Shown piece after piece: positions 51,904 to 63,958 of a DNA stretch of 63,958 nucleotides. The DNA comes from Octopus bimaculoides. Lineage: Eukaryota. The stretch lies in contig NC_068990.1 in assembly GCF_001194135.2 (NCBI RefSeq), positions 79,693,329 through 79,757,286 on the forward strand, written 5' to 3'. How positions within the stretch are numbered: the stretch's first letter is position 1; each line of letters begins with the position of its first letter. The position numbers were made by a program, and so were the translations under genes. Below the pieces are notes generated by a model. That model was not told the origin of the DNA. It saw only the letters and a list, made by a program, of their open reading frames with translations, and ran no database searches.

Positions 51904-52914
51904 TCTATCTTTCATGACATTACAAGTTAAAACCTGATTGATATGTTAGTCACCCAACAGCAATAAAAGATCGAGGTTCTTCATTACTTAGAATATTTTT
52001 TGATATAATGGAACGTTGATTCATGTTTGTGTTCCAGTTCTCAGAGAGATGCAGAGATACTTTACCAAGTTTTAATAAATGCAAGATTTCGTGGCAGATT
52101 CCATTGTATCTCATTACGCATTAAAAAGAATATTCCAATGTTAATATCACAAGAGAAATTCAAGCAATTATTTCAAGTATACAGATTTCAGAATAGAAGA
52201 TGTATTGCTAGTTATTTATTTAAAATCATATTTTAATCAAAAGAAAAAAAAAAACGTAAAGAACATGAGGCAAAGCAAAAGGAGAATAAGAAAGTGAATG
52301 AGTGTGTGTGTATGAGTGTGTGCGCGTGTGTGTATGTGTGTGAGAAAGAGAGAGAGAGAGAGAGAAGATTCCTGTATGCGATTCACTTGCTAGTGGTAAA
52401 AAAAATTGATATTACTGCATCCAGAAGCAGGCTTCTAATTTAGACATAAATTTATTATAAGACGGTCATTGTTGGCGCTACACACACACACACACACACA
52501 TACATACATAGAGACAGAATACAGACATACATGTCTGTGGTTGTGTGTGTGTGTGTGTGTATGTGTGTGTGTGTGTGTGTGTGGATAAACACATATATAC
52601 TAACTCTCAACGGTGCTTCTCGTCTCCAGGTAGTTCCTCTTTATTGTCTTTGTTTTCTGTTGCATGTTTTAATCCAAAATTCATTACAGACATCAGTAAT
52701 GTAAAATGACACTAAAACAATTAGACCGCCTTTTAGGAGCCATTTATCGACTACATATTCTCACACCAATATTACTTAATATTGGATAATGTCCCATTCT
52801 TTTTTGTTGAGAAAGACGGTTACAGTAAATTTCATATATTTCAGTGTTCATCAGGTTATCTGAAAACGAAAAAGAAAAAAGACAATCAAGTACTGTCCGT
52901 CCAAGCAGATATAT

Positions 52915-53120
52915 TAGTTTCAAATTTTGGCCAGCAGGTTTGGGGAAGGGTATAAGTCGATTAAATCGACCTCAGTGTTTAACTGGTACTTATTTTACTA
53001 AAACCAAAAGGATGAAAGGCAAAGTCAACCCCGATGGAATACGAACTCAGAAAGTAAAGACAGATGAAATGCCGCTTAGCATTTCGCCTGGCGTGCTAAC
53101 GATTCTGCTAGCTCGCCGCC
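52915..53120 (-). mobile_element. SINE family A copy
   Basis: Reverse complement matches 2081-2306 from 'ggcggcgagctagcagaatcgttagcacgccaggcgaaatgctaagcgg' onward. Confidence 0.9.
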
Positions 53121-54165
53121 TGTATCTTAGCAGAAATATTGTGTAAACGTTTACTGACTACCATATAAGCTAACATGAACACGGTATGCAGTGAAATATG
53201 GATTAGATTTTGGAAATTCAAGATGAAATTAGAAACCATTGTAGTCTAACTGACAATAATATTTCTTTAAGCAGTCCTTTTATAATTACCATTAATGTTT
53301 GTACAAAAGAGGCATATCATATTCCATTGCTCAAAACTTATTCATGCGATGGCAAGCAAGAGACATTTAAATATGAAAATTCTAAGCACAGGAATCATAG
53401 GTTTTAATTTGGTGAGTATTTAACTAATATTTTGAAGAAATAAAGTCAGACGTACCGATTATATAATCGTATTGATTGTATAAAAATGAAGTTAATATAC
53501 GAGTTAATATATCAATATTTTAAGCTACAATTGATGGTCTGCCAGAAAAATAAAATAAAGTAAGCTAATAGACAATTCAGAAAATAAATTCAATAAACAG
53601 GCTAAATTATTAAATCAAATTAATCGGGGATTGAGAAAGCAGGTGGACGGAGTGAGTGGGGGAGAATAAGAGGATGAGAGAAAGAGAGAAAAAGAGTAAG
53701 AGTGGAGGAGATAGAGGGAGAGAGAAAGAGAGTTGAAAAATATAATTGAAATAAGTCAGTAGAAAATATATTTGGTAGATAAATTGAGAGTAATTTAACT
53801 AGATCAGTATGTTATGCCGTATAATCGACAATATTGTGTTCGTGGGAGGGATGTGTGGGAGTGATATGAGTAATATCTGATTAAATTAGCAAATTTCGTA
53901 ACATAAGCAGATGTAAGGACGCATTTATGGAGGCATGGTTTATTCACTTGTCCTCAACTGATACTTATTTTATAGATCTTGGACGTAAAGTCACATGGAA
54001 TTCGGCTAAGCTTGAACTTTGAACAGAAAAGGATGTAACTGGCCCAAGGCGTTTCATATAGCGTTCTACCAATTATGCAGTCAACTGCTTTTTCTAGATT
54101 TGTAATACTAATTTGCTTGTTTAATTCAACCGTTAACGTATTTTGATGTATGTGTATATTTATTG

Positions 54166-54702
54166 CACGTGATTTGATCAAAAAGTATCAGAACTTTTGC
54201 TATGGTGACGGAACTAAAGTACGCAGGCTAAAGATGCTCGGCACAGTTTGACCTTGATCTCTGTTGCATACGCACACTAAGTTACAACGATCTCGTTCAC
54301 TTCTGTTGTTTATAGCAGCGCTTGAAAGTAAAGTGTGTAGAGTGTGGTCGTCTCAAAAAGAAGATCAGGTTACAGATGTGCAGAATCTCCTTGATTGTGT
54401 CGAGGAAGACGAAATATTTTGAAAACAGTCATGACGGATGACGAATTGTGGGTCTATGGCTTAAACACTGAAACTAAGGCAAAAATCAAATCCGGTGAGA
54501 AAATCCAAGAGAATGCGACGAGGCAGCTGCTCACTATCACAATAAAGGAGTTCCAGGAATGCTTCCATCAATGGAAACGAAGCTGGATAAAGTGTGAGGC
54601 TTCAAAAGGGGACTCCTTTGAAGGAGACTAAATGCTGAATTCATATTAGTTGTAGTTTTCTCTTTATAGTACAAGTCCCGTTACTTTTCATCAGGCATTG
54701 TA
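54166..54702 (+). mobile_element. Internally deleted mariner element (copy 2)
   Basis: Right TIR and 3' region near-identical to 29798-30311; retains VMTDDELWVYG...ETK (mariner 'TGDETWVYG..PETK') and the C-terminus FQECFHQWKRSWIKCEASKGDSFEGD*. Confidence 0.85.
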
Positions 54703-54768
54703 TATATACTATGTATGTATGTGTGTGTGCGCGTGTATTTTATATTATATACGTATTTATGCATGTAT

Positions 54769-54818
<50 letters not shown>

Positions 54819-54994
54819 GACACACAAAGTAGATGATATTTTTTCGAGCGCAGAATTGCCGTTAGAACAGCAGAAATTCTGGGTAAATTATCCTTTCAAA
54901 GCGGAAAAAAGTATCGACCACCAGCCAGATTTAGTCGCTCTTATTGGAACATATATTATCTTTAAAATAATAATATATAATATATAATTATACT

Positions 54995-55042
<48 letters not shown>

Positions 55043-57547
55043 TGCGTATTACGCTAAAAAGCGGAGCAGGGCACGAGAATTTTCCACTCGAGTCAAATAT
55101 AACAAACTACTCCGTAAGTACTATCCGCATAAACGGAGTCAAGATCGACTAGTTTGTACTGAAATCGAGTCATATAAGTTGTAATAGTGAAGTCAAACAA
55201 AATCCATGTTTAAACTTCTCTACGTATGCGTAATGTTTATGTATATGCACACGCACGCACACACACATATACCAGAAAGTTTGTGAGTGTATAGATGTTC
55301 ATCTCTCGCTCTTTCTCACCACATTATTTTACAACAATCAAATCCTTCCATATTCTTCCTACCGCACCCCTACCATTTTCTCTTATGTTTTCTCTTTTCT
55401 TCACTATTCTCTATTTTACCTACCCTTTTTTTAATTCTTTTACATAACTTAATTGTTTCTTTCCATATTTGCCACTCTATAACCACCTGTTATTTTATCT
55501 CACCTGATTTTCTCTCTTTCATTCATTCCTTGTCTTTCATTTTCTTCCTCGCTTTCTCTCTATCGCCTTTTCTCTTTCTTCAGTTCTTTCCATCTCCCTA
55601 ACTTTATTTTTATCTTCTTTTTCTTTATATTTTCATATGCTTTATCGCTTTGCTTGCATTTGAAAATTCATATGCCTCTTCTCTTTTACCTTGCGATTGC
55701 ATCTTCTATTTAAAGTTATAGTTTTTCAATTTATTTTTAACTAATGCATAGCGAATCACCCATATATAAATTATGTATGTGCATATTTATGTATGTATTC
55801 TTATGACGTCAACAATATCTACACANNNNNNNNNNNNNNNNNNNNNNNNNNNNNNNNNNNNNNNNNNNNNNNNNNNNNNNNNNNNNNNNNNNNNNNNNNN
55901 NNNNNNNNNNNNNNNNNNNNNNNNNNNNNNNNNNNNNNNNNNNNNNNNNNNNNNNNNNNNNNNNNNNNNNNNNNNNNNNNNNNNNNNNNNNNNNNNNNNN
56001 NNNNNNNNNNNNNNNNNNNNNNNNNNNNNNNNNNNNNNNNNNNNNNNNNNNNNNNNNNNNNNNNNNNNNNNNNNNNNNNNNNNNNNNNNNNNNNNNNNNN
56101 NNNNNNNNNNNNNNNNNNNNNNNNNNNNNNNNNNNNNNNNNNNNNNNNNNNNNNNNNNNNNNNNNNNNNNNNNNNNNNNNNNNNNNNNNNNNNNNNNNNN
56201 NNNNNNNNNNNNNNNNNNNNNNNNNNNNNNNNNNNNNNNNNNNNNNNNNNNNNNNNNNNNNNNNNNNNNNNNNNNNNNNNNNNNNNNNNNNNNNNNNNNN
56301 NNNNNNNNNNNNNNNNNNNNNNNNNNNNNNNNNNNNNNNNNNNNNNNNNNNNNNNNNNNNNNNNNNNNNNNNNNNNNNNNNNNNNNNNNNNNNNNNNNNN
56401 NNNNNNNNNNNNNNNNNNNNNNNNNNNNNNNNNNNNNNNNNNNNNNNNNNNNNNNNNNNNNNNNNNNNNNNNNNNNNNNNNNNNNNNNNNNNNNNNNNNN
56501 NNNNNNNNNNNNNNNNNNNNNNNNNNNNNNNNNNNNNNNNNNNNNNNNNNNNNNNNNNNNNNNNNNNNNNNNNNNNNNNNNNNNNNNNNNNNNNNNNNNA
56601 CACACACACACACACACACACAGTGTCACCTCTCTTCTTAACTGTTCGCCCATAGAACCACATTCTCACCTAACCCCTAACCCCTAACCCTGCGCTTCTT
56701 TTTTCAATCCTTTTGCTTTTTAACACTCCTTTACTTCTATACTTTTATTCTGATGAAGAATTAGTCCGAAACGTTAAAACTCTTTCCCTTTCTTTCTAAA
56801 CCTTTAAGCAAAAATCAGTATTCATTAAAATTTGTCCTATTGTGCTGTCTTTTTCCTTACTTTTTCCATTTTCTTTCTGTATGTGTGTGTATGTATGTAT
56901 GTATGTATGTGTCTGTAAAGCAAATTCTTCTGTAGCTGAAAACATTTCGAAGCATCACATGATATAACCGTAGTATTCTAATGGTCAGTAGTTGTTATTT
57001 GGCGTATAGCAACAAAACATGTGGTTAAATATATTTATTGTATTAAAAGTTGACAGTTTACTAAGGGGCAAACTCTCAATAGGCAGTCATCAGTATATAT
57101 ATATATATATATATATATAAAGTGTAGTATATTGCCACTTAAGTGTGGCTGACCCCTAGGGGTGGATGTTACTGTTGCTTTTAGCCCCAGGAGGACATCT
57201 CCTCCAGCTGGCTTATCGACACACGACTGTGTCCTGTTTGCCAAGCGAGTTATCCCTCTCACCACGACCAGCAGCACGAACGTATCCGGATTTCAGGGTT
57301 ATTTCCCTTCTTCGGCGTTCGACAGCTGATGACCTTGGTGAGAGAGAAAAACCTGGCAAAATCTTNNNNNNNNNNNNNNNNNNNNNNNNNNNNNNNNNNN
57401 NNNNNNNNNNNNNNNNNNNNNNNNNNNNNNNNNNNNNNNNNNNNNNNNNNNNNNNNNNNNNNNNNNNNNNNNNNNNNNNNNNNNNNNNNNNNNNNNNNNN
57501 NNNNNNNNNNNNNNNNNNNNNNNNNNNNNNNNNNNNNNNNNNNNNNN

Positions 57548-57602
<55 letters not shown>

Positions 57603-57670
57603 CATACATACATACATGCATACATACATACATACATACTTATATACATACATACATACATACATACACA
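57548..57670. repeat. (AT)n(ACAT)n compound microsatellite
   Basis: Direct observation. Confidence 0.95.
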
Positions 57671-59146
57671 TATACGTTCATATATGTTATTAATTTATAT
57701 ATCATCATCACCATCAACTACATTCCACTTTCTGTTCTATTTTTCATTAACTAAAAGTTGATGAAAGTCACTTTAAAAACGAGAAGAAAAGAAGGAATAT
57801 AAACCGATTATTTCCCCCAGGAATACGAAAAATTAATTTCATTTAGCTTTAATTTCATTTCGTTTTAAATGCTATAAATTATAAAAAAAAGTGTTTTCGG
57901 AGTTTGATTTATTTATGACTGATTTAAAAAAAACCAAAAAACTAAAGGGTTACTTACATCCAACAGATAAAATTTATCATAGTATATCTACGAATCTGGA
58001 TGATAAATTGGTTCATTCAAACTATTGACACTTCTTTGAAATGTTTATGTATTCTAGGTTTATGAAAGAAAGGTAGATTGGCTTTCCATCCAAAATGTTC
58101 TAAGCAGATACTCATTAAGGAAGAAACAAAACTAATTGTAAAGGACAAATAAAAGACCCATTTCTAACTGAAGTAATGATACCTGTATAATTGTAGTCTA
58201 TACACTAGTTGTTCCTGTACGTCTAAAAGTATAGCAGCTATGTCTTAAACGTACACCCCTGTCAACTAATGTAACATGTCAACCAGTTCAGCGAGCCTCA
58301 GCATTGTTGCGCTAGAAATAATAGCTAGATCGCACTCAAGCAACATTTCACCGCCTTATAAAAAGGACAAATTAGACAATGCTTAGAATACAAAGACTAT
58401 TCAGAAGAAAGTATGACATAACCAAAACTAGCCTGGCTTCCAATGCTAAGTCTGCCAAGGTTGGCCTTGGGTTAAATAACAACATCACCTACAATACCAC
58501 AGACTTGTCTATGAGTGCCTTTAGCAGAGTTCACTGTGTTACAAGAATTTGGACCAATCTCCTAGTTTCCTTCTCCATACCCAGGTACTGCTACATATGT
58601 TCAGATTAATCAACTGTGCATTCAATATCAACAAAGACTATGGACATTGCTTCTTCTCAAATATAAAAAAACAATTGCTCTTCCACCCCCTTTTCCCGCA
58701 GTTCTTTGGTAAGTTACAAAATCAATCTTTAAATACCATTGATTATGAATGAGAATGAAATTAATTTCGCTGGACATTTTGTAATTGAATTTGACAAGTA
58801 AGAAAATATCTGAAATAATGCGGAATTTCTAAATGTAATTCTGCGCTTGCCTTCTGGCTCAAATTTCTTTAAAACTAAGTAATAATATCAATATTGTAAA
58901 TGCAACAATGACATTTGGTAACTGATAATGCAGTTCATATTATTCAATAAATATAGATACAACGCTTCGATTTTATTACAGGAGGGGGAGAAGGAATTGA
59001 ATTAGTCTGAGAAAAGTTTGTTCCTCAAGATATTGACTGACACACGTGAAACAATTTTAATTTCAAAATCGAAAAAAACTATGAGCTAAAATCTATTGAT
59101 ATACTCTGCATAGTATTAAAATACTACATTGTTAATCAACCAGTAA

Positions 59147-59408
59147 TTTGGAGTAAAGATTATTTGCAAACATAACATGGCGGTTCTGGTTTAGGACGAA
59201 TGCTGCTGTAATTTAGCCCCAGGAGACATCGTCTCTAGCTGGCTATACGACACGATCTGTGTCCTAATATTTTCGAACAAGGGAATATAAGGACACAGAT
59301 CGTGTCGTATAGCCTGCTGGAGACGATGTCTCCTGGGGCCAAACTAAAGCAACATTCGTCCTAAACCAGGGCAGCCATGTTATGTTGGCAAATAATCTTT
59401 ACTCCAAA
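59147..59408. repeat. 262-bp foldback inverted repeat (125-bp arms, 12-nt loop)
   Basis: Manual ungapped alignment of 59147-59271 with the reverse complement of 59284-59408 shows about 11 mismatches. Confidence 0.95.
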
Positions 59409-59709
59409 GTACAGTTACTGAATATCTCTCCTTGTGAGATTTACAAATAGAAATTTTCTAACCAGTAATTTATTTATCGAACTAGCGGCCAGGATACGCT
59501 ATGTATGAAAATTGAGCTATTTATCATAGTTTACGTTCTATCACAATGTTCAAAGCATGCACAAGACCGTTGACATCTACATTTTAAATCTTGAAAAAGA
59601 TTTAAGTTGCAAGGATTTATCTTCGTTGGTGCCAGTTGAAAATTACTGTAGTTACATTTCACCAGGATTTGCAGTAATCACTATAATTTCATTATACATA
59701 TTTAATTTC

Positions 59710-59751
<42 letters not shown>

Positions 59752-59814
59752 TCGAAGCGTACGGCATTATATATCGATATATCGATTACGGCCGATCTTA
59801 CCGATCGGTTTCAA

Positions 59815-60345
59815 GCAGTTATCCATAAATATCCTCTTTTCCTTTGATTTTCAAAGAGATATTTATATCTGCAGGGCAGCTGACCTCTATGATGGTACAT
59901 ACTTTTGCCCCCGGCCTGTTATGTTTACATTTGACAGATGTCTTAATGGGAATATTCCACCAGTATTCCTTGAGTTGGTGTTTATGAATGTTTTCCATAA
60001 CAGAAGGATTTTCTAAGTTTATTTTTGGACAGTCTTTTTTTACAGATGGCATTGTAAATTGTTTTACCACTGCCAACTCGTACAGCACTGCATTTATATA
60101 TTTATTTTATATTTATATTATATTTATATTATATATATTTACAGCACTACATTTATATATTTATTTTTGCTGCTGTTGTTACCTGCGTGATACCATACAG
60201 CATTCGAAGGCCGTATGCACTGATTTCAGGCCTCTACCACCTTCATTTCTTCTTAGATAGAGCCTGTCAACATCACAGTTTCTGTGGAGGTTCCCAGTTG
60301 TTGTCAGGATTTTGTGGGTTTTGATATCTATGGAGTGGATTTCCT
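59815..60345 (-). mobile_element. R4/Dong-type non-LTR relic (post-RT region plus RLE)
   Basis: DIKTHKILTTTGNLHRNCDVDRLYLRRNEGGRGLKSV and YWWNIPIKTSVKCKHNRP...CTIIEVSCPADINISLKIKGKEDIYG. Confidence 0.85.
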
Positions 60346-60382
60346 CTACAGACCAATATGTATGTATGTATGATGTATGCAT

Positions 60383-60519
<137 letters not shown>

Positions 60520-60690
60520 GGTGTACGTTGATACTCTGATAATATCTTGTTCTGAGTAGTGTCTATTACTGATCATTACTATCACCACTGATACTGGTTA
60601 CACATAAAAATTGCAAAAGCATTCACAGGAAAACAAAGTCAGAGGCACGAACTATTAGAACATTTCTTCACATTGCGCGTTTACTCTTAG

Positions 60691-60805
60691 GAACACCGAT
60701 AGGGACGATATAAGCAAACGTACATATATGGAAGATTTACGGAAATTTTGTTTCAAACATTGCGATAGAAGAAAAGATGAACAACATATACAAGAGGAAT
60801 GTGAG
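60691..60805 (+). CDS. Candidate exon NTDRDDISKRTYMEDLRKFCFKHCDRRKDEQHIQEECE
   Basis: Good acceptor (tttactcttag); one open frame; GAG|GTAGAG donor (phase 0). The frame also reads on to a stop at about 60873. Confidence 0.4.
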
Positions 60806-61249
60806 GTAGAGTCAGATCTCGACATTCCCTTCCTCAAACGCTCGCGTCAGGAACTGCAACCGCTTGACATTTAAGACTAATATTATTCACCTATCGGCCT
60901 TTAAGAAAATCAGTTTTCTTTGAGTAATGCACCGAGATACTTTAAAACATATCTCGGTGCATTTCTCGCCAACATTGCAGATTTGCTACTTGTTATAATG
61001 CAGATCAAAGCCTACTAATTTCTTAATCCACAAATCAATACCACGTATACTCGAAAAATATTAAACACATACGCACACGCATAAAGGAACACATGCACAC
61101 AGACACACACAATCCCACCTCGTAAACAAAACAAAGCATTAGAGCAGGCACTTAGACGGCGAGACTTAGAATATTTAACTCTGAAGATAGGGTCTTACTG
61201 ATGCATTAATACTCAAAACAAATACAGAGCCAATGTATATAAGTGTCAC

Positions 61250-61335
61250 TACGTCGGTTACGACGACGAGGGTTCCAGTTGATCCGATCAACGGAACAGC
61301 CTGCTCGTGAAATTAACGTGCAAGTGGCTGCATTC
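61250..61335 (-). mobile_element. 3' fragment of SINE family C
   Basis: Reverse complement of 'agccacttgcacgttaatttca..agca.gctgttc.gttgatcggatcaactggaa' in 6290-6636. Confidence 0.75.
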
Positions 61336-62093
61336 AAATACGTCATGGAATCTAACAATATTGCCAGATCACCGCTTCGGTTCCTACCAAGCAGGTCAAA
61401 CAGCGGTGGATACCACGGTCAGCATTACATATATCAATATTAAGTATGTCATAACATCAAATAACTTCATAGAAGATGGGGGGAAACGTAAATAACTCAA
61501 AATATTTGATTATGCCCAGAGTTCATATATCTTCCGGGTAGACTTTGTCTTTTAGGAAATAAATACTAGTCAAGTACCGTGGGTTAATTTAATCGACTAT
61601 TTCTTTTTCCAAAATTATTGACCGTGAACGAATATAAGAAATCTAATTATTGGCACTCTAGTTGGTAGATCTGACATTTAAATGAAAGTTGCAATACCTA
61701 GACTATATTCAACACAATATCATTTGTGTGCTGTAATATGATGGGGCTGATGAAAACCAATGGAATGTAGTTGCTAAAATGTTTGTTTTCCTCTAATGGA
61801 TTTCGAAGGTTGTATACCTTCCTGTATATATAGAAATAATATAATATATAATATATATCCTTGTGCTATGAAAAAAAAAAAAAAAAAAAAAAAAAAAATT
61901 ACGCACATGCGCTCGCACACACACACGTGCGTATCATATGCTATTCCTCTATATCTATATATCTATACATATACGAGCGTGCATGCACACATATGCGCAT
62001 TCACAAACTGTACATGTCTCTACATATTAGTAGGATACCGAACTTGGGAAAATTTTATTCTCTTTTCAAACTGAAGCAAACGTTTACTTTTAG

Positions 62094-62167
62094 CATCACA
62101 TAAATGGTAATTTAACTTCAACCCAAGCGGACAATGATGTAATCAAGAAGCGTCATGCGAGTCATTG
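62094..62167 (+). CDS. Candidate exon HHINGNLTSTQADNDVIKKRHASH(W)
   Basis: tttacttttag acceptor and TG|GTAAGT donor; only the phase-0 frame is open, matching the phase-0 donor at 60805. Confidence 0.4.
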
Positions 62168-63958
62168 GTAAGTACAAACCCATGTCTCCAAAGAAAGTGA
62201 CAATATTCAAACGATTCTAGCATTTGAGTTAAGGATTTGATCATTTGCCTCCAAGAGTAAGATTTGAAATCGTATTTACAATTACTTTATCTCTGTAAGA
62301 TACTGTATTCATGATATCAGCCCAAATCCTTTAATATCAAGCTGTTTTAGAGATAATTAAAAAATATATATGATAATATTGTTACAAACTAAAAACGGTA
62401 ATCACGCGCCATCTAGGATTAAAAGATAACCACAAAGTATCTCATTACAAAGCAAAGTAAAGATGCTTTTAGAGAATAATGTCAGGAGCATTATGTACAC
62501 CGCATATAAGTTGCTGCAAAAGGTATTAGTATAGCTTACGTAAGCAAAGTTTTAGACAGTTATGAAGTACTGAGAGAAAGAAGAGAAAAAGATGACATGA
62601 AATATCTATGGTTAATTAACATTAACTTTTCAACTAGCGCTTTACTTGTTTGCTGGTTCCAGCCTTTGGGCTGTAATGTATATCCAATTAACCTAATGAT
62701 GTAACCCGTATTTTCGCTTTTTGATTGTTCTAAAATATTTTTGCTTTGGCACTGGTAAAATAATCAACTACTAATATTTCAAAATATGGCTAAATATATA
62801 TGTATATATATACATGGCATTATATTTTCATTTATTTTCCCATCACATAACAGACACCAATAAGATAAACAAAATTTATAATTGTTTTTTTCCAGTTTTT
62901 GTTTATAAAATTATTATTTCTATATTACTTGCCACAATGTCTATTGCTGGTTATAATTTTATCGATCATGGAGATGAGGCGGTATCCAGAGAGATTTGAG
63001 CGTATGAACGCCAGAAACCAGATTAGAAATTAGATAATGTAGAACTTCTGGTCTGCCATTACTGTTTGTATCAACTAAGTTACAATCAGTTTCTTTCTGA
63101 TGTCTAAAGTATTTATGGCTGGCTATTTAGAAAAGAAGTAATAGAGTTCTTTCTGATCCTGTACATTAGCTTAAAAATTCTATCATCAACATTTCTTACA
63201 TTAGAAAGAACAGCGAGAAGAATGACTTGAGAACCATACATAAAAATCTCTGTTGTATGAAAGACCCATATCGAAGGTTTTTCAAACTGCTCGATATATT
63301 TGAGATCAGCTTTGCCTTTTGTCCTTTCGAAGACTTTAGAAAAGTAACAAACCAAGGTAGTGAAACTGTTAGATGGCCGGTGAGATGACTAACGTATAAA
63401 TTCCGTTTTCGGTTCGGACAGCAACTCCTCTAACAACACTGCTACCATGTTGCTTTAGTTCGTGTCAGTGGCTTTTCTCTTGTATATAACACAGGCGATG
63501 TTGTGAGAATAAAACTTGCATGTATGGACAACTGCTAGTCTTTTTCAAATAATCTTCCCCACCCCACAAACACACACATACATGCACACATATGTGCAGT
63601 AACATAGTGATCATTGAGTGATGGAGGGCCAACCCAAATTGAAATTAAACTCACAATGACGACTAAAATTAATCATATTAATGACTAATGCTGGTAAAAA
63701 AAAGAAGAGGGGCATGTTCATATATATTTAAATGATAAACTTCTGGAAAGTTTTATAGATTTTTACAGTTCCAGTGATGGATTGGACCTGTAGTCTTCGA
63801 ATTAGCTTTCTCCTTTCTGGTTTTGAGAAGCCTAATTTCTCAAGATATAGGCAGTGTGTTACATATCACAGGGTCCCAATAATTACAGGTATAAACCTGA
63901 ACTTGTAATCTGGATATGTATGTATGCATGTATGCATATATATATATATATATATATA

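Noticed and set aside
53976-54034. Phase 0 to 2 linker exon candidate (a similar one lies at 40993-41087)
   Set aside because: Chosen only because the phase fits; the donors are weak and such matches are expected by chance.
58380-58600. Possible Ty3/gypsy integrase C-terminal relic
   Set aside because: Resemblance is too weak (only 'VPLAEF'-like words).
63113-63320. Minus-strand exon-like ORF (FERTKGKADLKYIEQFEKPSIWVFH...), plus similar minus candidates near 48.4, 42.7, 39.2 and 33.1 kb
   Set aside because: Multiple frames are open, there is no recognisable homology, and I could not build a coherent chain. A minus-strand gene is not excluded.

Overview
About 64 kb of AT-rich, microsatellite-dense eukaryotic DNA from a short-read draft assembly (8 N-gaps, most abutting simple repeats). 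The SINE families look like those of octopod cephalopods (Octopus); this is my recognition, not a database result. No long ORF exists, and most of the supplied ORF track is microsatellite or gap artefact. The window is a transposon graveyard: tRNA-derived SINEs (several with intact target-site duplications), RTE/BovB, R4/Dong-type and CR1-like LINE relics, two mariner deletion derivatives, a mariner-type MITE and a hAT transposase relic. Scattered exon-like islands can be chained into a tentative, low-confidence plus-strand gene starting with a signal-peptide-like exon. The most notable non-coding observations are (i) a type I hammerhead ribozyme with an intact catalytic core, a palindromic dimer-type stem III and an unusually long 91-nt stem II at 30692-30807, (ii) a 262-bp near-perfect foldback at 59147-59408, and (iii) several other hairpins and inverted repeats that would form dsRNA in a transcript.
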